From positions 65,293 to 129,292 of IMG/VR virus record IMGVR_UViG_2784746770_000001: a stretch of DNA of 64,000 nucleotides; one strand, given 5' to 3'. Both the position numbers and the translations under genes were made by a program. The notes under the pieces are model-generated. The model searched no databases. It worked only from the letters and a program-made list of their open reading frames with translations, and was not told where the DNA came from. Below are positions 46,241 to 55,697 of the stretch, piece by piece. Numbering within the stretch: position 1 is the stretch's first letter; the number at the start of each line of letters is the position of its first letter. Source of the DNA: a virus. Taxonomy: Duplodnaviria > Caudoviricetes.

Positions 46241-48013
46241 ATGCCCACGCCGCCTCCGTCCCGCACCGCCGCCGCCGAAGCGGCCACCGCCTCCAAGGAG
46301 AAGCGGTCCGGCGTGCGGTCCAAGGAAGCCGGGAGCCTCGCCGACCAACTGCTGAGTGCTCCCGTCCCCGTCCGGCGCGAAGCCTTCCGTCGGTTCGGCC
46401 ACGCCGACCAGGCGCAGATCCTGACCGAGGTCGAGCGTGAGACCGGCTCCCTGTACGGCCTGTGGCACGACACCCCGAGCGGGTTCATCGAGGACGTCCT
46501 CGGCGAAAGCATCTGGTCGAAGCAGCGGGAGATCGTCGACGCCATCCCGAAGTACAAGCGGACGATGGTCCCCGCGGGGTTCGGCGTCGGGAAGACCTGG
46601 ATCGCGGGCCGCCTCGTCGCCTGGGCTGGCGCGGTGAACCCGCCCGGCACCATGCTGATCGTCACCACCGCGACCCGCTTCCGGCAGGTCCGCAACCAGC
46701 TCTGGCCCCACATCCGGAAGACGATCGCCCGCGCGGGCCTGCCCGGCTTCTGCGACGAGGTCCAATGGAAGATCCCCGACCAGTGGGGCAACGACGTCCG
46801 AGTCGCCTACGGCTTCACCGCCCAGGCCCACGACGAAGCCTCCATGCAGGGCATCCACGGCACCCCGAAGCTCCTCATCGTCGTCGACGAGGCCGGCGGC
46901 ATCGCCCGCGCGATCGGCAACGGCACCAACAACCTCCTCACCGGCGAAGCGGCGCTCCTCGGCATCGGCAACCCCGCGATGGACGACCCCCGATCCTGGT
47001 TCGAGCTGATGTGCGAGGAGGGCGAGAACCCCGACGAGCCGACCACCGTCACCATCCCCATCGCCACCTTCGACAGCCCGGCCATCACCGGCGAACGCGT
47101 CCCCTACTGCAACGACTGTCCCCCCGGCGTGCCCAGGCACTCCCTCGCCACCCACCTGCCGGACATGGACTGGGTCAACCGCACGATCCGCGAGTACGGC
47201 GAGGACCACCCCTACGTGATCGCGAAGGTGCACGCCAAGTTCCCGAAGGGCGGCGGCGGCAAGGTCATCCCCATCACCTGGATCGAGGACGCCAAGGCGG
47301 TCGAGGACCCCACCGGCCCGGGCTGGGTCCGGCTGTGCGACCTCGGCCTCACCGGCGAGACCGCGAAGCACACCGTCCGCCGCGGCGCCTGGGTCCGTCT
47401 CGGCGTCGACGTCGCGGCCGACGGCGGCGACGAGTTCACCATCTACCGGATCGTCGGCGACGTCGTCGAGCACCGCCACCACTCCAGCGGCTCCGCCAAC
47501 GACAACCAGGTCCGCGTCGCCAAGAAGATCCTGGAGGAGATCCACGCTGCCGAACGCCTCGCGCAGGCCCTCGGCAGCCCCCACCAGGTCCGCGTCAAGG
47601 TCGACAAGAACGGCCTCGGCCACGGCGCCGTGTCGATGCTCAAGACCTGGGGGGAGAACGGCCGGCACAACTCCGCCATCGTCGGCGTCATGGTCTCCGA
47701 AGCGCCCCTCCGAGACGACCCCGGCGCCGTCATGCGGCCCTACACCAAGCGCGACGAGATGTGGCTCGCCACCCGAGCCCTCCTCCAGCCCGACCCCGAG
47801 ACCGGGGTCGGCCGACTGCGCCTCCGCGTCGACCATGACGCCGCCATCCAGCTCTCCACCCCCAACCTCGAATACAACTCCGGCGGTCACGTCGTCGTGG
47901 AGTCCAAGAAGAAGATGCGGGCCCGCGGGATGAAGAGCCCCGACCGCGCCGAGGGCATCCTCCTGTCCATCTACGAGTCCGAGCCGATCCGGAACCGCGG
48001 CCTGCTCAACTGA
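46241..48013 (+). CDS. terL: Phage terminase large subunit
   Basis: WSKQ adenine motif, Walker A PAGFGVGKT, Walker B IVVDEA, GNP coupling motif, nuclease LGVDVAADGGD..VKVD..SPDRAE. Confidence 0.93.
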   Translation: MPTPPPSRTAAAEAATASKEKRSGVRSKEAGSLADQLLSAPVPVRREAFRRFGHADQAQILTEVERETGSLYGLWHDTPSGFIEDVLGESIWSKQREIVDAIPKYKRTMVPAGFGVGKTWIAGRLVAWAGAVNPPGTMLIVTTATRFRQVRNQLWPHIRKTIARAGLPGFCDEVQWKIPDQWGNDVRVAYGFTAQAHDEASMQGIHGTPKLLIVVDEAGGIARAIGNGTNNLLTGEAALLGIGNPAMDDPRSWFELMCEEGENPDEPTTVTIPIATFDSPAITGERVPYCNDCPPGVPRHSLATHLPDMDWVNRTIREYGEDHPYVIAKVHAKFPKGGGGKVIPITWIEDAKAVEDPTGPGWVRLCDLGLTGETAKHTVRRGAWVRLGVDVAADGGDEFTIYRIVGDVVEHRHHSSGSANDNQVRVAKKILEEIHAAERLAQALGSPHQVRVKVDKNGLGHGAVSMLKTWGENGRHNSAIVGVMVSEAPLRDDPGAVMRPYTKRDEMWLATRALLQPDPETGVGRLRLRVDHDAAIQLSTPNLEYNSGGHVVVESKKKMRARGMKSPDRAEGILLSIYESEPIRNRGLLN

Positions 48014-48158
48014 TCACCGCAGGTCGCTTCGATGGCCGGATTTCCGACCGCACGACCGCGGCCGCCGATCACCCGAAAGGGCGGCTCTCCGCCGGCCTCC
48101 CCCGGGACGATTTCCGGCCCCGGCCCCACCACACAGCCGGACCCGCCATCATGGACCC

Positions 48159-49181
48159 ATGTCCACAGCCCTACAGCTCCCGCTCGTGCCGTCCCTGCAC
48201 GCCATGGGCCGCGTCGTGGACGCGCTGTGCAGGGACCCTGACATCGGCCTCTCCCGGCAGAAACAGCTCCGCGCCCTCCTCGGCGCCTACGAGCGCGCCT
48301 TCGCCCTCGGCGGCCTACCCCCCGACGCGTACGACAACCTCCCCTCCCTGCTCGCCTACGACGCGACCCGCGCCTTCTTCGACCTGGTGGTCAAGGGCCT
48401 CGTCCGCGGCGACGGCAAGACCGGCGAGAGCGAGTCCGACTCCGCCCTCCGCGCCCGCGGCCGCTGCCTCGAACTCATCGCCGCCAAGGCCGGCGTCCCC
48501 TTCGAGCTCCCCGACATGCCCCCCACGCCCGACCTCGCGCCCGTCGTGGCCGCCCCCGTCCGCCAGCTCCTGATGCAGCGCTTCGAGAAGCAGGTCGACC
48601 GGCAAGTCACCGAGCCGTTCCGCATCCGGTTCCTCGCGATGTACGGAGTCGTGCTCGACACCGCCTCCAGCTCCGGCAGCCTCGTAGCCCAGCACATGGC
48701 CCACCTGGCAGCCGACCTGTCCACCCTTCGCGTCCACCGGCCCCGCGGCGGCCGCGCCACCACACCCCCGCCGCTGGAGGAATGGCCCCTCTCCCCCGCC
48801 ACCCGGCAGGCCCTCCGCGCCTACCTCCCTCTGCGCGAAAGCCTCGTCACGCCGCTGGAGCATCCGGTCAACCACCTGTGGGTCAGCCTGGAACACAACC
48901 ACACCGGCCACCGCCCAGACGGCGCCACCATCCAGGAGCCGCCCGGCGTCCCTCTGCGCAAGGGCGGCATCCAGCGAGTCTTCGCCCGGGCTGCCGATCT
49001 CCTGAACGACGAGATGGAGGACCTGATCCGCAGGCGCGCCGCCGGCCGCCCGCCGGAGTGGCAGCCGATGCCGACTCGCCTCGAACCGCTCCGCCGCGCC
49101 GTCGCCCTGGAGCTCCAGCAGCGCGACGAACGCCGAACCGACGCCCCGCAGCTCCTCGTCGTTCGCGGGCGCCCGACCTGA
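48159..49181 (+). CDS. Tyrosine-recombinase-fold protein lacking catalytic residues
   Basis: RFLAMYGVVLDTASSSGSL (aligns to L.TG.R..EL without the Arg), PLSPATRQALRAYL, LWVS, EPLRRA; no C-terminal Tyr. Confidence 0.55.
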   Translation: MSTALQLPLVPSLHAMGRVVDALCRDPDIGLSRQKQLRALLGAYERAFALGGLPPDAYDNLPSLLAYDATRAFFDLVVKGLVRGDGKTGESESDSALRARGRCLELIAAKAGVPFELPDMPPTPDLAPVVAAPVRQLLMQRFEKQVDRQVTEPFRIRFLAMYGVVLDTASSSGSLVAQHMAHLAADLSTLRVHRPRGGRATTPPPLEEWPLSPATRQALRAYLPLRESLVTPLEHPVNHLWVSLEHNHTGHRPDGATIQEPPGVPLRKGGIQRVFARAADLLNDEMEDLIRRRAAGRPPEWQPMPTRLEPLRRAVALELQQRDERRTDAPQLLVVRGRPT

Positions 49182-49384
49182 GCCCGCCCCGGGCCCTTCA
49201 CCCGGAAGAGCGACGAGGCGGGATCGTCCGGGCGCGAGCGCAAACGGAGCCGATACGGTGACTCCGGGCCCGGGCGCGGCCCAACTCTTCGGATCCACCG
49301 AGCGAGGAGCGAAGGAGCAAGGCCCCGGCGCCCCGCGCGCCGTCGTCCTGGTGCCCCACGAGGAGCACCAGGACGACGAGACGC

Positions 49385-50755
49385 CTACACGAAGTCGCCG
49401 CGGTCGAGATCGAAGCGGTGCTCCGACTGCGACATCAGGTAGCCGTAGACCGCCTCGATCGTGTCAGCCGGATGCCGACCGACCCTCGTGTCGGGCTGGA
49501 ACGGCTTGTCAGCCACCTTGCTCCAGCCGCCGAGCTCGTCGGCCACCTGCCCGAAGAAGTACGGCAGGTTCTCGGCGACCTCGACGTAGTACCGCGGGTT
49601 CTGAGTCCACTCCCGCAGCACCGTGATCACGCTCTTCACGCAGTCCTCGCTGTACCGCTTCGGCTTCTCGTCCAGGTCACCGCCGATCGTCCAGGCCAGC
49701 CGGTACAGCGCCTCGGCCTCCCAGGATCCCTCGCGGCCGGCGCGCAGCGAGCCGCCCTCGAACCCGCCCGGCGATGACCCGCGGGTGTACTCCACCGCCA
49801 GGCGGTACAGGGCGACGAGCACGGAGCCCGCGGCCTTCACACCGGCGTTGTGGAGCGCCCCGCGCAGGACCATCGCGTCGCTCGGGTCCGGGGACGTGAC
49901 CGGGCGCAACGGTCCGTGTGCTGCCTCCAGCTCGTCGAGGGACAGCAGTTCCTCGGGACGGTCCGGGCGGAGGCCAGCCCAGTCCACCGTGTACCTCAGC
50001 AGTTCGTCCCGGCCGGAGGCGATGTGCCAGCCGCGGTTCAGCTGGTCCACGACCCGGTACGTCGGCGCCGCTTCGGCTGCTGCAGGACTCTCCATGCCCG
50101 GCTCGTCCTCCTCGTCGTCGAGCGAGGGGTGGACGTCTGCGGTCACGATTGCCGCGTCCATCCCACCGGCCTTCGCGATGATGGCCTCCGCCTTGTCCGG
50201 CCCGAGGGGGAGGAGCGCCGCAGGCGAGGCCCCGGCGGTCGGGTAGAGGTAGGCGAGGGCCGCGCCGATCGCCCGCTGCGCGTCCGTGGCGACTTCCTCC
50301 ACCTCGCCCTCGGTCGGGGTGCCATCCGGCTGGAACCATGGACGCCTCGCGGCCACCGAGACGAGCAGCGACTCCAGCACATGGCCAGGATGCTCCGGGT
50401 CCGGCTGGCGGGTCGGGGTCGTCCACACATACGCCATCGCCGGGTACCAGCCCTCGCCATCCCGTACGAGCCGCGAGCAGGCGTCAGCGACGTGCGCGCC
50501 GACGTCGTCGGGCTCCGACTCCTCGGGCACCGTCGCGATCAGCAGGATCGGGATCGAGAACGCCTGGAGGGAATCATCCTCGGCGTAGGGGGACTGGGGT
50601 GTACCAGCCGGGGGCCACTCGAAGCCGGCGGCGCGCCGCTGGTCGTTCTCCCGCATCAGCTTGGTGTACTTCGCGCCCGTCGCCCGGCTGCTCGCGTGCA
50701 GCTCTACCGACCGCTTCCGGGGCTTCCTGGGCTTGCCCGGCTTGTTCCTCGCCAT
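49385..50755 (-). CDS. Hypothetical multidomain protein with a basic N-terminus
   Basis: MARNKPGKPRKPRKR..RATGAKYT; GGAG RBS. Confidence 0.75.
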   Translation of the reverse strand: MARNKPGKPRKPRKRSVELHASSRATGAKYTKLMRENDQRRAAGFEWPPAGTPQSPYAEDDSLQAFSIPILLIATVPEESEPDDVGAHVADACSRLVRDGEGWYPAMAYVWTTPTRQPDPEHPGHVLESLLVSVAARRPWFQPDGTPTEGEVEEVATDAQRAIGAALAYLYPTAGASPAALLPLGPDKAEAIIAKAGGMDAAIVTADVHPSLDDEEDEPGMESPAAAEAAPTYRVVDQLNRGWHIASGRDELLRYTVDWAGLRPDRPEELLSLDELEAAHGPLRPVTSPDPSDAMVLRGALHNAGVKAAGSVLVALYRLAVEYTRGSSPGGFEGGSLRAGREGSWEAEALYRLAWTIGGDLDEKPKRYSEDCVKSVITVLREWTQNPRYYVEVAENLPYFFGQVADELGGWSKVADKPFQPDTRVGRHPADTIEAVYGYLMSQSEHRFDLDRGDFV

Positions 50756-50779
50756 GTCTCACTCCGTGCCGCAGCGCGC

Positions 50780-50870
50780 CCCACGCACACGCCGCGTTGA
50801 AGCGGACGAAGAAGGGGGTGCCACGATGCGTCGAAGGACGGCTTGGCCTCCGGCGAGGGCCTGGCGTGGG
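50780..50870 (-). ncRNA. Candidate structured 5' leader RNA
   Basis: CCCACGC/GCGUGGG closing helix enclosing three small stems, just before the RBS. Confidence 0.4.
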
Positions 50871-50956
50871 CAGGGACCTCTTCGGCGGGGGACGGTCGTG
50901 GCCGCCCGGCGGTCAGCATATCCGCCGCCGAGGCAGGCCGTTGACCGTCCTGCAGA

Positions 50957-51253
50957 TCACGATCCGAGCGCCCGCCCGCCCTGAGGAAGAGCTCTCCGGC
51001 CCCTGGTGTGCCGGGGTTTGTCGTCCGCGCGTTCCACCGTCACGTCCTGGTCCTCCGCCGCGCCCGTCGGTGTGCGGGCCTCCAGCAGGATCGTCTCCAG
51101 GTAGACCCGGCCGCCCGGCCCGCGCCGGTTCGGCACCACCTCCGACATGTTCGGCACCACCAGCTCCGGCGACGCCTCCAGCGCCCGCATGATGGCGGCC
51201 GCTGTACGCCGGGCCCGCTCGGGGTCGGAGTCCATCAAACGAATCTGCGACAT
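50957..51253 (-). CDS. Small hypothetical protein
   Basis: GGAGG RBS; coupled to the exonuclease stop. Confidence 0.7.
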   Translation of the reverse strand: MSQIRLMDSDPERARRTAAAIMRALEASPELVVPNMSEVVPNRRGPGGRVYLETILLEARTPTGAAEDQDVTVERADDKPRHTRGRRALPQGGRALGS

Positions 51254-52299
51254 CACGCCTCCCCGACCGCGGCGAGGCGAGCCGCCTCCTGGCCGTCTGC
51301 CCGGCCCATGAGGCGCAGCCGTTCCACGACCGCCTCGCAGTCTCCGCGGGCGCTGTGAGGGCCGTTCAGGCGCTGCCAGACATAGCTCTGGTAGTAGGGG
51401 TCCCAGTCCCCGTACCACTCGGCGTGCCGTTCCATCACGCACTCCGGCACCAGGAACGTCCGCAGCCACTCATCAGCTTGCCGAGCCGCCTCCGTCGGCA
51501 CCCCACAATCGAAGTGCCGCACGAGCTCGTTGCGGATCACCTCGCTGTCGAAAGCCGCGCCCCAGCCGACCGTGCGGCGCCCGCGCAGGGCCTCGGCCAG
51601 TTGCTCCAGCACCATGTCGAACGTGGGGGCCGACGCGACCATCGCGTTGGTGATGCGGTGGATCCTCGTGCTCGACTCCGGGATCGGCACCTGCGGGTTC
51701 ACGAGCGTGTCGAGGAGGACATCGCCGCCCACCGTCACCACAGCGATCTGCACGACGAACGGGTGATCGTCCAGAAGGCCCGTGGTCTCCGTGTCGATGA
51801 CGGCACAGCGGGGGTCAGCGAGCACGTCCCGAGCCCACTCGGCGGCCGATGCCCGATCCTTCGCCAGCATCTGCTCGAACGCCTGCCGCTGCGCCCTGTG
51901 CCGCTCGGCTGACGCCTTCTTCGCTGCCGCCCGAAGAGCGGGCAGACACGGGCCGCAGACCGGCTTCCCCCGCTCCTCCCAGTCCGCCGGCGACCACTTC
52001 GTGCGCACCCCGCACAGCTGGCACGGGCTCGTGCCTGCCAGAAGGCGCCCTGCCGCCAAGACCTCCCGCTGCCGCTCCGTCAGGGGACGTACCGGGCGCG
52101 CCGCCTGGCGGTCGAACAGCTGGCAGATCCCGTGATGCGGGCTGTAGTGCAGGTAGCCCGCCGGCCTCAGCCCGGCCGCGCTCAGCCCGACTGCCCGGAG
52201 CTGTCGCCGGGTCATCAGCCCCTCCGGCGCCCGGTCCGACCGGTACACCGGCACTTCCCCGTGGTACCGCAGCACCGCCTCATCTGCCTTCGCCACCAT
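51253..52299 (-). CDS. DEDDh 3'-5' exonuclease (DnaQ-like) fused to an RRQLR-motif Zn-binding domain
   Basis: VIDTETTGL, IHRIT, AAFD, HSARGDC; N-terminal PVYR..APEGLMTRRQLRAVGL..CQLC..CGPC. Confidence 0.88.
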   Translation of the reverse strand: MVAKADEAVLRYHGEVPVYRSDRAPEGLMTRRQLRAVGLSAAGLRPAGYLHYSPHHGICQLFDRQAARPVRPLTERQREVLAAGRLLAGTSPCQLCGVRTKWSPADWEERGKPVCGPCLPALRAAAKKASAERHRAQRQAFEQMLAKDRASAAEWARDVLADPRCAVIDTETTGLLDDHPFVVQIAVVTVGGDVLLDTLVNPQVPIPESSTRIHRITNAMVASAPTFDMVLEQLAEALRGRRTVGWGAAFDSEVIRNELVRHFDCGVPTEAARQADEWLRTFLVPECVMERHAEWYGDWDPYYQSYVWQRLNGPHSARGDCEAVVERLRLMGRADGQEAARLAAVGEA

Positions 52300-52432
52300 G
52301 ACCCTCCACGCACTCGCTCCAATTCCCGACAGGAAATGTCTAGCGCATTCTTTTAGTGAAATGCAACGCCAATCCTTTATGGCGGCCGTAAATGGCCGAA
52401 CTGGCCATTTCGAGGGAGGGTTAAATAGAAAA

Positions 52433-52451
52433 CCTTGAAAGGAGGTCCTTA
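52433..52451. promoter_or_regulatory. Operator-like site AAGGA-NN-TCCTT, copy A
   Basis: CCTTGAAAGGAGGTCCTTA; 17/19 inverted match to 53079-53097; beside an AT-rich promoter region. Confidence 0.6.
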
Positions 52452-52471
52452 GAAGGACCGGCCCAAGGGCC

Positions 52472-53077
52472 TCAGACACCTTCCTCTTCCCGGGCCGCCA
52501 CAGGCTTCGGCCCGTACCGGTCCAGCGCCTCCCTGACGATCCGCGGTGGCGAGTACACCCTCTCGATCAGCTCCTCCCTCTCCTCCATCTCCTCCACGGT
52601 CAGATCACGGCTGTAGTGCGTCAGGCCCTTCTCCTCCAGCTCGGCGAGCGGCCCCTCGCTCACCCGCCACGCCGCCGTACGCAGCGCGGAGAGTATTGAC
52701 ACAGGGAGCTCATAATTCCGTTGGCGCAGGCCGCCGACGTTGTGGCCCGGCCACCGGCCCGAGAGCCGCAGCTGCTCCTCCTCCTCGGGCGTGAGCGGAG
52801 CCCATGGACCGCGCAGGTCTTCCTCCTCCAGGCGCAGACGGATCGAGTCCGCGACGATCTTCGTCACCGGCGGCCACCACCGGGCCCGCCGGCGTGCTCC
52901 CCGCAGCCGGGCCTCCCGTGGCGGCATCCCTCTCTGGATCAGCCGTTCCACGTAGGACGACTCCCGGAGGCGGTTCAATCGCACAAGGAGGCGAAAATGC
53001 GAGGCCAGGCTTACGGAGACCCACACGGTGTACTTCTCGCGGGCCGCTTTCCCGTTCGGTTCAGAATTCGATCCCAT
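52472..53077 (-). CDS. Hypothetical basic protein (candidate DNA-binding regulator)
   Basis: GAAAGGA RBS; flanked on both sides by the same operator-like site. Confidence 0.65.
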   Translation of the reverse strand: MGSNSEPNGKAAREKYTVWVSVSLASHFRLLVRLNRLRESSYVERLIQRGMPPREARLRGARRRARWWPPVTKIVADSIRLRLEEEDLRGPWAPLTPEEEEQLRLSGRWPGHNVGGLRQRNYELPVSILSALRTAAWRVSEGPLAELEEKGLTHYSRDLTVEEMEEREELIERVYSPPRIVREALDRYGPKPVAAREEEGV

Positions 53078-53078
53078 G

Positions 53079-53097
53079 TAAGGAGGTCCTTTCAAGG
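53079..53097. promoter_or_regulatory. Operator-like site AAGGA-NN-TCCTT, copy B
   Basis: TAAGGAGGTCCTTTCAAGG overlapping the RBS of 52472-53077. Confidence 0.6.
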
Positions 53098-53141
53098 AAC
53101 GGCGTCTTGGAAGCGTCCCACAAGATCACCAGCGGGCAGCG

Positions 53142-53564
53142 TTATCCAGCCGGGTTCGCGGCGAGCCAGTCCTCCAGGGCGTGCGCCGGCTGCAGCACCA
53201 GGGTCCGGTTCCAGCCCGCGTCCCCCTCGACCTTCGCCCGCCCGGCCTCGATCTGGTCGATCAGCTTGTACGCGGGCCCCCAGAACGCGGGGCCGGCCGA
53301 GTCGGCGTTCATCGCCTTCCGCAGCGCCCGGGCGTTCACCACGACCTCGTCCAGATCGCGCGCGCAGTCGTCCGGGCAGCCGTCCCACGCGAGCGCGTCC
53401 AGGTCGTCCTCGAACACCGTCCGGGCCCGCGACACCGACGGCGCCGGGCTCGCGCTCGCCGCAGCCTTCCCCGTCTCCCCCGCGTCCTCACCGCACCCTG
53501 CGACCGCCACAACGGCCGAGGCCGCGAGCAGCACGCTCGCGGCCTTCCCCCACCACTTGATCAT
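53142..53564 (-). CDS. Putative lipoprotein
   Basis: MIKWWGKAASVLLAASAVVAVAG-C lipobox. Confidence 0.75.
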   Translation of the reverse strand: MIKWWGKAASVLLAASAVVAVAGCGEDAGETGKAAASASPAPSVSRARTVFEDDLDALAWDGCPDDCARDLDEVVVNARALRKAMNADSAGPAFWGPAYKLIDQIEAGRAKVEGDAGWNRTLVLQPAHALEDWLAANPAG

Positions 53565-53587
53565 GGCGCCGATCATCCCACGAGACG

Positions 53588-55552
53588 TCAACCACCGACC
53601 GTGGTCCGCTCCTTCTCCCTCACGGGCGCGGCCGCCGGCGCCGTACGCCGCGGTGCGACCCTGAACCGCATCGCCCGGTTCTCGTCCTTCCCGGCCTCCA
53701 CGACCCAGCCCTTCGCCCGCCACTGCTGCACCGGCCCGTCCGCCGACGTCCTGGAGCCGACGTTCGGCAGACCGAGAGCCACCAGCCCGTTGAGCGTGAT
53801 GCCCGCCGGGCCCGCCTTCTCGATCGCCTGCCATAGCGCGAGCCGGTGATCCGGGATCTCCGACCCGTCAGGGAAGGTTGGCACGACGTGCAGCGTCGGT
53901 CGCTCCCCGCCGCCCCCGCCGTCCGGCGGCCCCTGAGGCGGCTCCGGTGGCTTCGGCCGCTCCTCCGACGGCCGCTCCGAGACCAGATCCACCGCCTCAA
54001 CACCGCCGTACCGGTGCACGGTCGCCGCGATCTGGTCGTCCGACATCATGAATGCGCGGCGCTCCATCGGCTCGGCGTGCTCCGGCGCGCGCGAGGAGAT
54101 CATGAACTTGCCCGGCAGGTTCAGCTCGTTCAGGTACCAGCCGGCGCCGAGCGCCCCCGGGCCCATGATCAGGTTGATCGGGGTGGTCTCCGTGACGCCC
54201 AGACCGATGCGGATCTGGTACTGCTGTCGGGCGTCGGTGTCGCCACCGAACACCTTCTTCGAGGGCGACTGCGTGGCCTCCACGAAGTGGATCGCGACGA
54301 ACCGGGCGAGCTGGCGCAGCGACTCCAGCTCCGGGGACTGCTTCGGATCCTGGCGGATCAGCTCGGCGAGCTCGTCGACGATGACGAACCAGGCCGTGCC
54401 GTGAACGCCGGGCACCCACTTCCGCACCGGCTTCCCCGTCTCCAGGCTCAGCTGGGCCAGGATCCTCCCGCGCCGCTCCACCTCCTGGCGGACCAACCGC
54501 AGCAGCGCCCGGGCCTTCGCCGGAGTGTCGGCGAAGGCCCGCGCGCAGGCGCGCCATGGCCCGAGCTCGACGGCGCCCGGCTTCATGTCCACGAGCAGCA
54601 TCTCGGCGTCGGTCGCGGCCGCGATGTTCCCGGCCAGGACGTTCAGCAGGCCCGATTTGCCGTTGTCGGTGGCCCCGCCGATCAGGGTGTGGCTGTAGAG
54701 CAGGCAGACCCGCACCTCCGACCCGTCCCGGGACCGGCCGAGGGTGATCTCCTCTGTGATGGAGGTGATCGACGGCCCCTCCCACGGGATGGTCTCGGCC
54801 AGAGGGTCGTGCACCTGCATCCGGACGAGGAGCTGGTTGTCTTGGCCGCCGATGGACAGCAGCAGCCGCCCGGGCAGCCCCAGGTTCGCCGAAAGCTGCT
54901 GGCGCTGGGCGATGACGGCCTCCGCAGACGTCCTCCGGCCCGGCGGCAACGTCACCAGCGCCGTCCACCCGTTGTCGGTGAAGTGCAGCGCTGTGACGTC
55001 CAAGGGCGGGATCCCCAACGCCGTCAGGGCGCGGCGCAGCGCGGTCTCCTCCTCGCTCTCGCCGGTCACCCCCGGCGCCCCGGCATCGATCCCGAGCGCC
55101 CCGGGCAGCGAGCCCGCCTTTGCGGCGTCGATCTGGAGACGCATCCGCTCGTCCCGGCGGCGCGACAGCCAGGGCACGTACGCGCAGTAGGCGCCCAAGG
55201 TGGTAATCCCGGTCGCGACGAAGGCAGGGGCGGACGGGCCGGCCGCCGCGTTGATCCACGTGTCGCCGAGCACGACGGTCATCCCCGCGCCCGCCGCCGC
55301 GAGAACGGTCTTCTTGTGCTTCACGCCACCGGCCGTCAGCGCCGCCGTGGCGACGGTGCTCAGCCCGTAGACGACGTGCTCGCCCACGCTGACGTCTGAG
55401 ACGTGGTGCAGCCAGCCCAGACCCGTCAGCGAGGCCGAGGCGGCGGCGGGAGCGAGCTCGTAGCGGCGGCGAAGGCACCAGCGGTACGCCGTACCGGCCA
55501 CACTCGAAACGGCTATGGCGGCGCGCAGCAGCGCGCGGTCCCTGGCGGGCAT
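53588..55552 (-). CDS. traB: FtsK/SpoIIIE-family conjugative DNA translocase (TraB-like)
   Basis: N-terminal TMs, HTLIGGATDNGKS Walker A, VDMK, IVDELAEL Walker B, LARFVAIHFVEATQ, C-terminal winged helix. Confidence 0.88.
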   Translation of the reverse strand: MPARDRALLRAAIAVSSVAGTAYRWCLRRRYELAPAAASASLTGLGWLHHVSDVSVGEHVVYGLSTVATAALTAGGVKHKKTVLAAAGAGMTVVLGDTWINAAAGPSAPAFVATGITTLGAYCAYVPWLSRRRDERMRLQIDAAKAGSLPGALGIDAGAPGVTGESEEETALRRALTALGIPPLDVTALHFTDNGWTALVTLPPGRRTSAEAVIAQRQQLSANLGLPGRLLLSIGGQDNQLLVRMQVHDPLAETIPWEGPSITSITEEITLGRSRDGSEVRVCLLYSHTLIGGATDNGKSGLLNVLAGNIAAATDAEMLLVDMKPGAVELGPWRACARAFADTPAKARALLRLVRQEVERRGRILAQLSLETGKPVRKWVPGVHGTAWFVIVDELAELIRQDPKQSPELESLRQLARFVAIHFVEATQSPSKKVFGGDTDARQQYQIRIGLGVTETTPINLIMGPGALGAGWYLNELNLPGKFMISSRAPEHAEPMERRAFMMSDDQIAATVHRYGGVEAVDLVSERPSEERPKPPEPPQGPPDGGGGGERPTLHVVPTFPDGSEIPDHRLALWQAIEKAGPAGITLNGLVALGLPNVGSRTSADGPVQQWRAKGWVVEAGKDENRAMRFRVAPRRTAPAAAPVREKERTTVGG

Positions 55553-55697
55553 GCGGGTCCTCCCCGAGTGACGTGACGTAGATGTGCGGGCCCCAGACGA
55601 CGGGGTACGTCACGTCACGGACGGGGAGACAGCAGCACTGATCAGGGGGGTACGGGTGCGCGTCATCGGCATGCCCTTCTGGAGTTCTCGGCCGGGG

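Noticed and set aside
49206-49213. AAGAGCGA after the recombinase-like gene
   Set aside because: The flanks do not pair, and it lies between convergent genes rather than in a leader.
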